This document shows positions 19,597-29,326 of a stretch of DNA of 64,000 bases, piece by piece (positions within the stretch are counted from its first letter, which is position 1; every line of letters begins with the position of its first letter). The notes under the pieces are model-generated. The model had not been told where the DNA came from, ran no database searches, and worked only from the letters and a program-made list of their open reading frames with translations. A program made the translations under genes and the position numbers. This stretch comes from an uncultured Nitrospiraceae bacterium (GTDB lineage: Bacteria > Nitrospirota > Thermodesulfovibrionia > Thermodesulfovibrionales > SM23-35), in contig CAVSHB010000002.1 in assembly GCA_963727775.1 (NCBI GenBank), positions 480,001 through 544,000 on the forward strand, written 5' to 3'.

Positions 19597-21264
19597 ATGA
19601 TTAATAAAGATTCGTTAACAGACTTCTCAGCCAACAGAAGTCAAAAGATATTAACGGTACTCACATTCGGCTTTGTCCTGTTTGTTCTTTTCTATAATTT
19701 GGGAGGTCATTTCCTTGAGGATTGGGATGAAGGTTTTTATGTCGTAATGTCGCAAACGGCAATCCAAAATAGTAACTATCTGACACTCGAGTATCAAAAT
19801 GATATTCATTGGTCTAAAACTCCGTTCCCTTTGTATCCGATGATAGCTTCGTTCAAGGTCTTTGGCGTTAACGAATTCTCTGCCCGCCTGAGTTCCGTTT
19901 TTTTTAGTTTGGGTTTACTTTTTCAGATATATCTTATTGCAAAACGCTACTACGGAGAATGGACCGCGCTCCTTGCGATATTAATAACAATTACGACAGC
20001 TCAATTTATCTTTTTTCATGGTTTAAAAACGGCCAATGTTGACGCAATTACTCTTTTTTTCCTGACCGGCGCCATAAGTTCCTGGTTATTAATAAGAAAC
20101 CCGGATTACAGAATCATAATGACCTTTGCGAGCCTCGCATTTAGTTTTCTATGCAAAGGCCCAATCGTATCAATTCCCATAATAGTGATTTGCCTGTCAT
20201 TTTTTATCGAGAATCCAATAAAAAGGGATTCCGTAAGGCCAATACTTATCGGTCTTTCTGTTGCGGCCATCATAGTCCTTCCCTGGTATATATATGCATA
20301 TATGACATATGGAGATATCTTCATAAAGAAGCACATCTTATACAACTTCCTCCAACGATATACTGCAGGGATAGAGGGGCATATACATGAGGATTTATAT
20401 TATATAAGAAATTTATTTTCAACCGGTAATTTTATCTGGATTGGTGCAGCTATGGTTTCACTCGTTTATTTCCTGGGGGTCATTTTGAAAGGAAAAAGGC
20501 CGATTGATTTTATGCTTCTTTCTTGGGTTTCTGTAACTTTTATTATTGTAAATTTCTCGCAGACAAAATTGTGGTATTATCTATATCCGATTTATCCCGC
20601 ACTTGCAATAATCACAGCAAAGACACTGTTGGATTTCGTGGAAAATCCGGGGTTTCTTAACCAATCGGCTTTTTACATCGGCTTCATACCTATGCTTATT
20701 TCTGATGATCTAACTATCTTTGGCTTTCACCCGTATATTTTCCATAAGCTCTTTTTTGATATCTTTGATGTTAATAAAACGAAAATAGCGGCTCTGTTAG
20801 CCGGTATAATTTTCATTGGAGCAGTATTTTTGTTGAAAAGGTATCTGCCGCATTACCAAAAAAAATTCAGGATCTTACTGGTGTGCATGATTTGTATAAT
20901 CCCGATTTCAGAGACATGCAAACTTACTATCAAAAAAGATCTCAATGCGCCTATACTTTCCCTTGCCAAGAAATTAGATTTTACCAAACCGGTTTACGCG
21001 CTTACTGTAAGTACTTACACTTTTCCGCCGGGGGCTTACTATTATCTATCGAGAAATGGTGAAGTAAAAATATGTACAGATTTCAGGAAGTTTTTGAAGG
21101 GGGAAACCGTCGTCATGCAGACTGTCTCATTCGAAGTACTTCAAAAATATGGGACAACAAAGAAGAATGAAGATGGAAGCCTTGAATTTGTTTATAGGGG
21201 AGATAAGTTTAAACTAACGCCAATAGAGAATTCCAAGGGTTTTACCATTGTTAAAATAGAATAA
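19597..21264 (+). CDS. ArnT-family (GT-C) membrane glycosyltransferase
   Basis: DWDEGFY, KTPFP, FGVNEFSARL, LCKGP, LPWY, TKLWYYLYPIYPALAI. ATG 19597 preferred over TTG 19558. Confidence 0.85.
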   Translation: MINKDSLTDFSANRSQKILTVLTFGFVLFVLFYNLGGHFLEDWDEGFYVVMSQTAIQNSNYLTLEYQNDIHWSKTPFPLYPMIASFKVFGVNEFSARLSSVFFSLGLLFQIYLIAKRYYGEWTALLAILITITTAQFIFFHGLKTANVDAITLFFLTGAISSWLLIRNPDYRIIMTFASLAFSFLCKGPIVSIPIIVICLSFFIENPIKRDSVRPILIGLSVAAIIVLPWYIYAYMTYGDIFIKKHILYNFLQRYTAGIEGHIHEDLYYIRNLFSTGNFIWIGAAMVSLVYFLGVILKGKRPIDFMLLSWVSVTFIIVNFSQTKLWYYLYPIYPALAIITAKTLLDFVENPGFLNQSAFYIGFIPMLISDDLTIFGFHPYIFHKLFFDIFDVNKTKIAALLAGIIFIGAVFLLKRYLPHYQKKFRILLVCMICIIPISETCKLTIKKDLNAPILSLAKKLDFTKPVYALTVSTYTFPPGAYYYLSRNGEVKICTDFRKFLKGETVVMQTVSFEVLQKYGTTKKNEDGSLEFVYRGDKFKLTPIENSKGFTIVKIE

Positions 21265-21315
21265 AGACCTGTTGATTGATATTCGTTGAAGTATATCCAT
21301 CTTACGCGCTCTGCC

Positions 21316-21345
21316 TTGACAATATGCTACAATTATTGTTACATA
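21316..21345 (+). promoter_or_regulatory. Putative sigma70 promoter of gspD
   Basis: TTGACA followed by a TG-tTACAT(a) -10-like element. Confidence 0.45.
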
Positions 21346-21376
21346 AATAAAATTATGTAATTAAGGAGTATTTTTT

Positions 21377-23428
21377 TTGAAACTTAAGACAGCGTGTTTA
21401 ATCGTAATTCTTATCAGCTTTATAGTTTTATTTGCAGCAGTTCCTAATACTTACTCTCAGAACGAAGAACAGGTAAAGCCTCCTGAAACAACCGCCGCCG
21501 CGCCTGAAAAACAGCCCGTTGAAAAAGGACAGCAGGAAGTTCAGCAGCCCGGAATTTTACCGCCACAGCCCAATGCCGGGCAGGCGCCTTCTGCTCAACC
21601 AGAAAAGGTCCCGGCTGAAAAGTCCACGACTGGAATAACGCCGGTTATGCCCGCTGAGGCGCCACAGCAGCAGAAATCCCCGGCCACTGTGAGTTTCTTT
21701 TTTGACGACGCCGATATATTCGAGGTAGTCCAGACGGTCTTTGCCGATATTCTCAAGGTGAATTATATTATCGACCCGCAGGTGAAGGGCAGGGTGAATT
21801 TCAGAACAGTAACGCCTATCCCAAAAGATGAAGTCCTCTCCGTCATCAATATAATCTTCAGGCTGAACGGCATAGGTTATGTTGAAGAAGGCGGGCTTTA
21901 CAGGATAATACCCCTGACCGAAGTCCCTAAAGAGCTTGTCTATTCTCAAGTAGGGAAGCCCCCGGACAAAGTTGCTGTCGAGATGTTCACATTTAAAAAT
22001 CTTGACCTGAAGGAAGCCATGCCGGATATTCAAAATGCATTGGGGCTGTACCTGAAAGGCGGCACAGTCAGGATAATTCCCGTAGACCGTCTGAACGCGC
22101 TCATCGTTGTAGCTTCTTCCAGGGAAAACCTGGAGTATATAAGAAAATGGGTCGATGTGTTCGATGCCATGTTTTTGGTAGCAAGGCCAAAGATATACGT
22201 TTATTCTTTGCAGAACAGCAAGGCGGACCATATTGCGTCTTTGCTCCAGTCAATTTTCTCGGGCAGCGCAGCACCGTCATCGCCCACCACCCCATCATCT
22301 GTTTCTCAGCCGTCCAAGTCCCCTACACAAACCGGCGCTGCGTCTGCGCCTGCGCCGACGTCGTCAGCGCCCAGAACAGGGGCTGCGGCGACTGCAACGA
22401 GTTCCGGCACATTTGTCTCACGTGACACGAGGGTCTTTGCGGACGATATAACCAACTCCCTGATAATTCTCGCAATACCTGCTGATTATAAATTTATTGA
22501 AGAGACGATAAAAAAGATCGATAAGCAGCAGAGGCAGGTCGTAATCGAAGGGCTCATAGCCCAGGTAACACTGACGGATAACCTGAGTTTCGGGTTCTCG
22601 TGGTCCTTAAATACAAAAGCCAATATATCGGGCATAAAACCTTTTACAAACGGTATCAACCTTGCCGGCACCGCATCTAACAATGCGGGTGATTTTGCGA
22701 ATGTCCCGACGACCGGGTTTACTTTTGTGGGGACAGACCCGACAGGTAATGTAAGAGCATTGCTCAACGCTGCATTAATAGATTCTAAAGGCAAGGTCCT
22801 TGCAGCCCCTCATATCCTCGTGTCTGATAACCGTGAGGCGAGGATACAGGTCGGGTCACAGATTCCCCTTGCAACTTCTACGACTTCTTATATTACAACT
22901 ACGACCTCGACAACTCCTACTACAACCACTAATCCTATCACCTCCTCAGTCGAGTACAAAGATATAGGAATTATTCTTAAGGTGAAACCCCAGATTAATG
23001 ACAGCGGCGTGGTTACGCTTGAGTTGACCCAGGAGGTTTCATCTGTGGGCAGCCCGGTAACTATAGCCGGACAGGATTTTTCATCCATAGATAAGACCGA
23101 GGCCACCACTAACCTGGTTGCAAAAGACGGAGAGACGATTATTATCGGAGGTCTCATAAGGGAAGATGTCACAAAGTCAAAAACAGGCATTCCTTTCCTC
23201 AGTAAAATCCCATTGCTCGGTAGTCTGTTTTCTGATACAACCGATAAATCAACAAGAACGGAGCTCATAATCCTTCTCACACCTCGTGTAGTTAGGAACC
23301 AAAAGGAAGCCGCAGATGTGACAACAGATTATTTAGACAGATATAGAAGCACTACAAAGGACAAAGATATCAACGATTTCATAAAAGAAAAAAACCGGCA
23401 AAAGAATGACACAAAGGATGTCCACTAA
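21377..23428 (+). CDS. gspD: Type II secretion secretin
   Basis: FFFDDADI..V, IDPQVKGRV, N-domain repeats, QVVIEGLIAQV, GETIIIGGLI, IPFLSKIPLLGSLF, RTELIILLTPRVV. Confidence 0.93.
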   Translation: MKLKTACLIVILISFIVLFAAVPNTYSQNEEQVKPPETTAAAPEKQPVEKGQQEVQQPGILPPQPNAGQAPSAQPEKVPAEKSTTGITPVMPAEAPQQQKSPATVSFFFDDADIFEVVQTVFADILKVNYIIDPQVKGRVNFRTVTPIPKDEVLSVINIIFRLNGIGYVEEGGLYRIIPLTEVPKELVYSQVGKPPDKVAVEMFTFKNLDLKEAMPDIQNALGLYLKGGTVRIIPVDRLNALIVVASSRENLEYIRKWVDVFDAMFLVARPKIYVYSLQNSKADHIASLLQSIFSGSAAPSSPTTPSSVSQPSKSPTQTGAASAPAPTSSAPRTGAAATATSSGTFVSRDTRVFADDITNSLIILAIPADYKFIEETIKKIDKQQRQVVIEGLIAQVTLTDNLSFGFSWSLNTKANISGIKPFTNGINLAGTASNNAGDFANVPTTGFTFVGTDPTGNVRALLNAALIDSKGKVLAAPHILVSDNREARIQVGSQIPLATSTTSYITTTTSTTPTTTTNPITSSVEYKDIGIILKVKPQINDSGVVTLELTQEVSSVGSPVTIAGQDFSSIDKTEATTNLVAKDGETIIIGGLIREDVTKSKTGIPFLSKIPLLGSLFSDTTDKSTRTELIILLTPRVVRNQKEAADVTTDYLDRYRSTTKDKDINDFIKEKNRQKNDTKDVH

Positions 23429-23467
23429 TTACCGGTCTGGTCCTTTTTGCCTGTACCTTCTAATTGA

Positions 23468-24235
23468 ATGCTTCAGGAATCTGAAATAATTCCTTATCAC
23501 CTCTCTCAGCCTTCGTGGGAGAAAGTTTTGGTCCTTGCACCCCATCCCGACGATGAGACCCTCGGCTGCGGTGGAGTCATCAGGTCTTTGGTCGAATCAA
23601 AAAAACGCGTTAAGGTCATATTTCTCACAAGCGGAGATAAAGGGGAGCCCGCTCATCCTTTATCAGGCATAAAGCATGCCGGAGAACACATCACGGATTA
23701 TTCGTTGATGCGTGAGAACGAGGCGATTAAGGCTCTCAGTGTATTGGGGGTCTCCGATTATGAATTTTTGAGATTCCCTGACAGGGAGCTGCATCTGCAT
23801 TCCGGCAAAATTCTTGAGAGGCTTTTAAAGATAGCGGGAGAATATGCCCCAGACGCGGTTTTCAGCCCGTCAATAATCGAATTTAACCCAGACCACCGGA
23901 CGACAGCGCAAGTGTCACTGAAGATGCATAGAACGATGAATTCCGAAGATAAAAAGGGTGTACGGTGTAGCCTTGTGTTTTATGAAGTGACAACGCCATT
24001 CAGGCCTAATATGCTCGTAGATATAACATCAGTCTATAACAGGAAAAAGAAAGCGATCAAGAAATACAAATCCCAATTGAAGGTCACGGATTATCTCAGC
24101 TACATCGCGGCGCTTAATACGGTCCGTTCTCTGACGGTCCGTGGACCGCGTTATGTCGAGGCGTTCTGGATTGTGGAAGCTTTTGCCGCTGATGAGGACA
24201 TTGCAAATTGGCTGTCATATCAGACGGCGATGTAA
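23468..24235 (+). CDS. PIG-L/LmbE family N-deacetylase
   Basis: APHPDDETLGCGG, NPDH, YKSQL. Confidence 0.9.
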   Translation: MLQESEIIPYHLSQPSWEKVLVLAPHPDDETLGCGGVIRSLVESKKRVKVIFLTSGDKGEPAHPLSGIKHAGEHITDYSLMRENEAIKALSVLGVSDYEFLRFPDRELHLHSGKILERLLKIAGEYAPDAVFSPSIIEFNPDHRTTAQVSLKMHRTMNSEDKKGVRCSLVFYEVTTPFRPNMLVDITSVYNRKKKAIKKYKSQLKVTDYLSYIAALNTVRSLTVRGPRYVEAFWIVEAFAADEDIANWLSYQTAM

Positions 24236-24251
24236 CGGATTATTTATCATT

Positions 24252-24355
24252 TGTATCAAAAAATACACAGCACAGTTCATAAAAAACACATGCTGCCCTT
24301 GAACATCCTTTAAAATCAAGCATTGCGCAAGGAAAAACGTGGCCTGATTTTTGCT
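24252..24355 (+). promoter_or_regulatory. Putative sigma54 promoter with upstream activator-like palindrome
   Basis: TGGCCTGATTTTTGCT at 24340-24355 has the correct -24/-12 spacing; TGT-N10-ACA palindrome tgtatcaaaaaataca at 24252-24267. Confidence 0.6.
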
Positions 24356-24387
24356 ATAAATTTTATAGAGTGACTATTCAAAAATAC

Positions 24388-24416
24388 TTGACATTGATAG
24401 GACAAGCAATTATACT
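24388..24416 (+). promoter_or_regulatory. sigma70 promoter P1
   Basis: TTGACA-N17-TATACT. Confidence 0.75.
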
Positions 24417-24497
24417 CTTAGCGTTATAAGATGAACGAGGCATGGCAAGTGTTCAATTATTCGGTGATGGAAAACAATGCGAATAGTAAAAAAAAGC

Positions 24498-24526
24498 TTG
24501 ACAAGGGAATAGTTCATTATTATAAT
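24498..24526 (+). promoter_or_regulatory. sigma70 promoter P2 (perfect consensus)
   Basis: TTGACA-N17-TATAAT. Confidence 0.85.
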
Positions 24527-24741
24527 TTCAAAAACTATATCCCTTTAAGGGGGGTGAGGCGAAAATAATAATAGCTATTTGGTATCATCTATAGCTGCTT
24601 AACGTTAATTGCAATTTTTTTTTAAGAAAAGGAGGTGATAGAAAGGAGGAGATGTAAAGCGGACATATTGGTTTTTTTATGAAGTTCTTAGCCATCGGTT
24701 AAGAAAAAAGCACGGAGACTTAATAAAAAGGAGGTTTGAAA

Positions 24742-25965
24742 GTGAAGATAAGAAGCTTATTAACAGTTGTTGCAATGCTTAGTGTTTTGCTTTTTGGCAT
24801 CGGAACGGCCCACGCTGTTCTCGGCGTTGATGATAACGTCCCGGGCCAGGATATCGCGTTTCCGATCATTTGCAGTGCTCCTACTCCCTACCCTGCTGGT
24901 GCGACCGCCGGAGTGGATACTGCTTGGGCTATCGCTGATGTAGCAGGTACCGGTTCCCTATTCAACGTCGGCGGAGTTGTCAACTATACGTCAGCTCTTC
25001 ATATCGTTGTGCACGAGCCGAAGAATTCCTCACAGGTGAAGGACCTTCAGATCTACTTTACGCCGTTTGAGCTGCAGACGGACCTTTGCTCCCACATAAT
25101 TTCACTGGTGGATGTCGCTGCTAGGCCTAAACTTGTACAGAACCTGTGTGATAGCGGCGGAAATTGCCAGAACTACTATGTAGCTTATCTGACCTTCACG
25201 CAGAACCAAGGCACATTTGGCGGCAGCGCGGTAAGCGACCGTTTTGTTTCGTGGGTGGTATTTGACGACCTTAACAATGGTTATGCTTCAGGGTTTGACG
25301 GGCTTAGTCTTGAACTCGGCGCTGGCCCGGAACTGGAAGAGAATGGTGGTAATGTTGCCATTGCAGCGCGCCATATCTATCCAAGGTATGTTATACAGAA
25401 CGATCCGGCCCTGAAGCCCCAGGGACACGATTGGTGGATACTGCTGTTCGGTAGGGCGGACATAACCACAAAATTCGGAACCACTGATGCCAACTGGTCC
25501 GGCAATAGAAATCTTCAGTGTTTCTTCTACGACGAGGATGAGCATGTTGCCTCTAACACCGTCCCGATACCCAATGAGCTTAATGTGGTCGATGTGGACC
25601 CTTGGGTGACCGGTCTCTTTGCGGGCTATCCGCATAACGGTTTTGCAGTTTGCGATATACAGGAAGATGGAAGCCACACCGGCACCGGTCTTCACAACAG
25701 GGGAACATATGATAATCCTTCGCTCGTAAGCAATCTCCTTCCTCTGAGCACCGGTTATTATACGTTTGTTGGCTGGTCCCATGCGAAAGTGCAGGGGACA
25801 AGCGTACTAGCGACCTGGGATGTTATCTGGCCGATACACAGGACGTATTGCAGCCCGTTAATGCCGGCTGGTGGTAGCGCTGGTACGACCGCAGCTGATA
25901 CACGCGAGGACTGCAATTGCAAGGGTCCTGGGACAGGAAGTCCGGTCAACGGAGGCGGGTGTTAA
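24742..25965 (+). CDS. Secreted uncharacterised protein, candidate S-layer/major surface protein
   Basis: Sec signal ending TAHA; AGGAGG-7nt-GTG start at 24742; Gly/Thr/Asn/Val-rich with several Cys; stacked promoters and its own terminator. Confidence 0.6.
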   Translation: MKIRSLLTVVAMLSVLLFGIGTAHAVLGVDDNVPGQDIAFPIICSAPTPYPAGATAGVDTAWAIADVAGTGSLFNVGGVVNYTSALHIVVHEPKNSSQVKDLQIYFTPFELQTDLCSHIISLVDVAARPKLVQNLCDSGGNCQNYYVAYLTFTQNQGTFGGSAVSDRFVSWVVFDDLNNGYASGFDGLSLELGAGPELEENGGNVAIAARHIYPRYVIQNDPALKPQGHDWWILLFGRADITTKFGTTDANWSGNRNLQCFFYDEDEHVASNTVPIPNELNVVDVDPWVTGLFAGYPHNGFAVCDIQEDGSHTGTGLHNRGTYDNPSLVSNLLPLSTGYYTFVGWSHAKVQGTSVLATWDVIWPIHRTYCSPLMPAGGSAGTTAADTREDCNCKGPGTGSPVNGGGC

Positions 25966-26005
25966 TTAGTCGTTAGACCATTTGTAGTTTATTAGGGAGT
26001 TTGAG

Positions 26006-26034
26006 AAGGGGGATGAAAACATCCCCCTTTTTTT
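26006..26034 (+). terminator. Rho-independent terminator
   Basis: aagggggatg-aaaa-catccccctt followed by a T-run. Confidence 0.9.
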
Positions 26035-26061
26035 CAATAATCCGGTTTAAGAGGAGGAACC

Positions 26062-27321
26062 TTGAAGAGAGCGTTGAATGTGGTGTCCGTTTTTATTCTC
26101 TTATTGATTATGAGCTGCGCCACAACAAAGGAAACTACGAAGGAAAGCAAAGCAGAGAATAAGGGAGCCTTAACCCTTATAGATATATCAGACGGATTGC
26201 CTAAGGATGGTTTATGGAGGCAGAACATTTCTCTCGTTGATATGAACGGCGACGGCTTTCTGGATATTGTCGCTCCTCCCCCGAGAAAAGCCGGGGCAGG
26301 AGCAGCGGGAGAAAACAGGCCTTATATATTTCTCTGGAGTCAAGAGGATAGTAAATGGAGAGAGGGTTCCTTTAACCTGACGGAGAGCAAAAACTTCACT
26401 TATGGGGGAATAGCAGTAGGCGATCTGAGGAGGACCGGTTACACCGATATCGTCTTCGCGATCCACGCAGGATCGATCGTAATTTTGGAAAATGACAAGA
26501 ATAAAGGCTTTGTCGAAAGGCCCTTTCCGATGGAGAAGACATTTTATGCGAGGACAGTGGAGGTTGCGGATGTCAATGGGGACGGTTGGCCGGATATTAT
26601 AGCCTTTTCAGAGGGACCATTTGTTCGTGACTATACGCCTGCCGGCATCCTTGTCGGGATAAATAAGGAGGGCAAGGGTTGGGACGTGAAAATCCTGGAA
26701 GGGAGTTCCGAATTGTCAGGTGACTCCATGGCTATAGGGCAGCTCAAGGGAGACGGCAATAAAGATATACTTATTGCTCCTCTGACAGGGATAAAGGAAC
26801 AGAAAAAGCTGGTCTGGTTCGGGGACGGGAAGGGGAATTTCAAAAACTACGATGGCGACCTCGTGGGCAATGAAGTGTCCATGAACGTCAGGGCAGGTGA
26901 TGTTGATGGAGATGGAAAGGACGAAATTGTCTTCAGGCTGGCTGCTCCCGGCGCCTTCGGAAAAAACCGGCTAGCTGTTTTTAAGTGGACAGGGGAAGGC
27001 TTTACGGAGATGTCAAAAGGATTGGAGGCCATAGATACCCCCCTGGTCTTCGACCTTGTGGATTTGTTTGGGGACGGAAAGAAGATCCTGGTTGTGCTCT
27101 CGGGAAAGGCCATCGGCCTATATAAATACATAGATCAAAGCTGGGTAAATGTCGGATCCCATGAGTTGCCCGCTGTCGAGACAATGGGCGCCCATGATTT
27201 GAGGGCTGGAAGGAACCGCGATGGTTCAGTGTTTATTGTCTATAATCTCGGGTATAAATCTCCCGACTTAAACCTAGGGCTACGGGCATTCAAAGTGAAA
27301 TCGGATGGAGGAAAGAATTGA
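26062..27321 (+). CDS. FG-GAP/VCBS-repeat beta-propeller lipoprotein
   Basis: Lipobox IMSC; repeated DMNGDGFLDIV, DVNGDGWPDI, DVDGDGKDEIV. Confidence 0.8.
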   Translation: MKRALNVVSVFILLLIMSCATTKETTKESKAENKGALTLIDISDGLPKDGLWRQNISLVDMNGDGFLDIVAPPPRKAGAGAAGENRPYIFLWSQEDSKWREGSFNLTESKNFTYGGIAVGDLRRTGYTDIVFAIHAGSIVILENDKNKGFVERPFPMEKTFYARTVEVADVNGDGWPDIIAFSEGPFVRDYTPAGILVGINKEGKGWDVKILEGSSELSGDSMAIGQLKGDGNKDILIAPLTGIKEQKKLVWFGDGKGNFKNYDGDLVGNEVSMNVRAGDVDGDGKDEIVFRLAAPGAFGKNRLAVFKWTGEGFTEMSKGLEAIDTPLVFDLVDLFGDGKKILVVLSGKAIGLYKYIDQSWVNVGSHELPAVETMGAHDLRAGRNRDGSVFIVYNLGYKSPDLNLGLRAFKVKSDGGKN

Positions 27322-27752
27322 TGTTTCAAGAAGAAAGAACATGGAGACTGTCCGTTGATAGGAATTCCCTGCTGCTTTTGCTGGCCCTGATGATGGTTGT
27401 TATATTCACCTGCTGCGCAACAATTCCAAAGGAAGAAGACTTGAGAGGATCATTGAAAAGCGCAGCGGAGGAATACTGGAACAAGCGGATGAAATACCAA
27501 TACGAAGATACCTATGGGATGGAAGACAAGACGGGCTTACCGGCTTTCGAAGATTACCGCGAAAAGGCAATGCTGATGAAGAAGCTGGATATAAGATCGC
27601 ACTCCGTAAAGGAAGTCGCTGTCAGTGGTGATGAAGGAACTGTGAACGTTCAGTTTGATCTTATGCTTCCTCACATACCTAAGGCAGTTTCCCAAGTCCT
27701 TAAAGATGGATGGGTCTATAAGAACGGGAAATGGCGGCATGTGTTCAGATGA
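27318..27752 (+). CDS. Small putative lipoprotein
   Basis: Hydrophobic segment ending FTCC; overlaps the upstream stop codon; YW...W..KNGKW pattern. Confidence 0.6.
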   Translation: MMFQEERTWRLSVDRNSLLLLLALMMVVIFTCCATIPKEEDLRGSLKSAAEEYWNKRMKYQYEDTYGMEDKTGLPAFEDYREKAMLMKKLDIRSHSVKEVAVSGDEGTVNVQFDLMLPHIPKAVSQVLKDGWVYKNGKWRHVFR

Positions 27753-27890
27753 GGTGACGCTTGTTGTCGCAGATGTTGACAAAAACCGGCGATATTTTTG
27801 TAAAGTGTTAGATTAAGTATCTTCAATAATCTTCAATAATAAAATATAATTCTTGACAAACTCTCCGGCGTATGCTAAATATTAAAAGAT

Positions 27891-27905
27891 TGGTATGAAA
27901 TATGC
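27891..27905 (+). promoter_or_regulatory. Possible sigma54 promoter of the Cys-repeat protein
   Basis: TGGTATGAAATATGC with correct spacing; TGTC-N9-GACA palindrome at 27765-27781; also TTGACA at 27853. Confidence 0.4.
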
Positions 27906-28007
27906 GAAATATAATTCGGAGTAAAGGCATTGTGTGTAATGAGATTTAGTATTTCTCATGGCATACGGCTTATTATAAACATAATAATGCATAGCAGGAG
28001 GTAAGGG

Positions 28008-29273
28008 ATGAAAAGATTTCTCATAGCTTGTATTTCGATTGCAGCCATTTTAGGCTTAGCCGCTGTTACATGGGCGCAGGAGGCAAGCGTCTTTGATAGC
28101 GCTGAAAAAATCATTGTCAGGGTTTTTATCACTAATACCGGCAGTGGCGGATGTCTGCTGGAGCCGCCGACGACGGGTCTTCCATGTTATTCTGCGTTTA
28201 TTGAGGTGAGGGATTCCAGCAGTGCGATAATTTCCGCAAATAAACTTGTTGTCGACGGTATGATAATTCCTTCTTTTGTGGGAACAACAAATACAGACGG
28301 TACAATTATTCCGAACGCGAATCCATTCCAGATTCACAATAGTGATCTTACAGATCCTGACGTAACCATGTCTATAGACAATGATACAGGCAAAATTTAC
28401 GTCTTCTGCACAAATACGACCCCCGGTTTACATGTTATGCAATACAATATCAGTAATTCATCGAATGGAGTGTGCGGCACAACGCTCAACACCTGTACGC
28501 AGGGTACTTTTGCTGATATCGCTGACACAACTACGAATTATCTTTGGAACTGCGAAGGTTCAGGCGGAGGATCAACAGCATCGTGCTCGCTTCCGATACC
28601 GGTGAATGGAGTGTGCGGCACAACGCTCAACACCTGTACGCAGGGTACTTTTGCTGATATCGCTGACACAACTACGAATTATCTTTGGAACTGCAAAGGT
28701 TCAGGCGGAGGATCAACAGCATCGTGCTCGTTGTCGATACCGGTAAACGGAGTATGCGGATCATCGAACGGGCAGACATTAGCAACAAAGCCAACCTCAA
28801 ATCTCTGCGGTGACGCGTCACTACCGACAGTGAGCGGCAGCGGGCCTTGGACCTGGACTTGTGCCGGAACAAATGGCGGAAATTCAGCAAGTTGTTCGGC
28901 CAACCTGCAAAGCACAGGCGCCGATCTTATAATAACCTCTCTTCAGGGACCGGGCTCAGTAGGTGGAGCGGGCAGTTGGATTACTCCCGTGACGATTCAG
29001 AACGTGGGAGTTGGACCTGTTGTCGGGAGCTTTACCGTCAAAGTCTATCTAGCCAGCGGTCGTTCACTTGTCGGTGCGCAAGTTTTAGCTACGTACACAG
29101 TTACGAGCGGATTGGGCGTGGGGCAATCGTTGAACCTTTCTATTCCGACGACTGTCACCAGCCTCGGTCTGCACAGTTGGTATGTGCTCGGCGCCAAAGT
29201 AGATGCCGATAATAATATTGTTGAGAGTAACGAAGCGAATAACGAGGCGTACGTATTATTCCAGTGTCTCTGA
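28008..29273 (+). CDS. Secreted protein with Cys-rich NGVCG...W.C.G..GG..ASCS repeats and C-terminal CARDB-like Ig domain
   Basis: Signal peptide (TWA-Q); three Cys repeats; ADLIIT...TIQNVG...VDADNNIVESNEANN; RBS aggagg. Confidence 0.8.
   Translation: MKRFLIACISIAAILGLAAVTWAQEASVFDSAEKIIVRVFITNTGSGGCLLEPPTTGLPCYSAFIEVRDSSSAIISANKLVVDGMIIPSFVGTTNTDGTIIPNANPFQIHNSDLTDPDVTMSIDNDTGKIYVFCTNTTPGLHVMQYNISNSSNGVCGTTLNTCTQGTFADIADTTTNYLWNCEGSGGGSTASCSLPIPVNGVCGTTLNTCTQGTFADIADTTTNYLWNCKGSGGGSTASCSLSIPVNGVCGSSNGQTLATKPTSNLCGDASLPTVSGSGPWTWTCAGTNGGNSASCSANLQSTGADLIITSLQGPGSVGGAGSWITPVTIQNVGVGPVVGSFTVKVYLASGRSLVGAQVLATYTVTSGLGVGQSLNLSIPTTVTSLGLHSWYVLGAKVDADNNIVESNEANNEAYVLFQCL
28464..28760 (+). repeat. 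141-bp (47-aa) intragenic tandem duplication
   Basis: aatggagtgtgcggcacaacg at 28464 and 28605; a diverged third unit starts at 28746. Confidence 0.93.
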
Positions 29274-29284
29274 TATAGTCCTTG

Positions 29285-29320
29285 CCGCTTAGAGGGGAAT
29301 ATTTATTCCCCTCTAAGCGG
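29285..29320. terminator. Perfect 16-bp-stem hairpin (terminator or processing/stabiliser site)
   Basis: ccgcttagaggggaat-attt-attcccctctaagcgg; no T-run on the + strand. Confidence 0.55.
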
Positions 29321-29326
29321 AAAACC

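Noticed and set aside
24742..29273. PEP-CTERM/exosortase system
   Set aside because: No C-terminal PEP-TM-basic motif on the secreted proteins and no exosortase seen.
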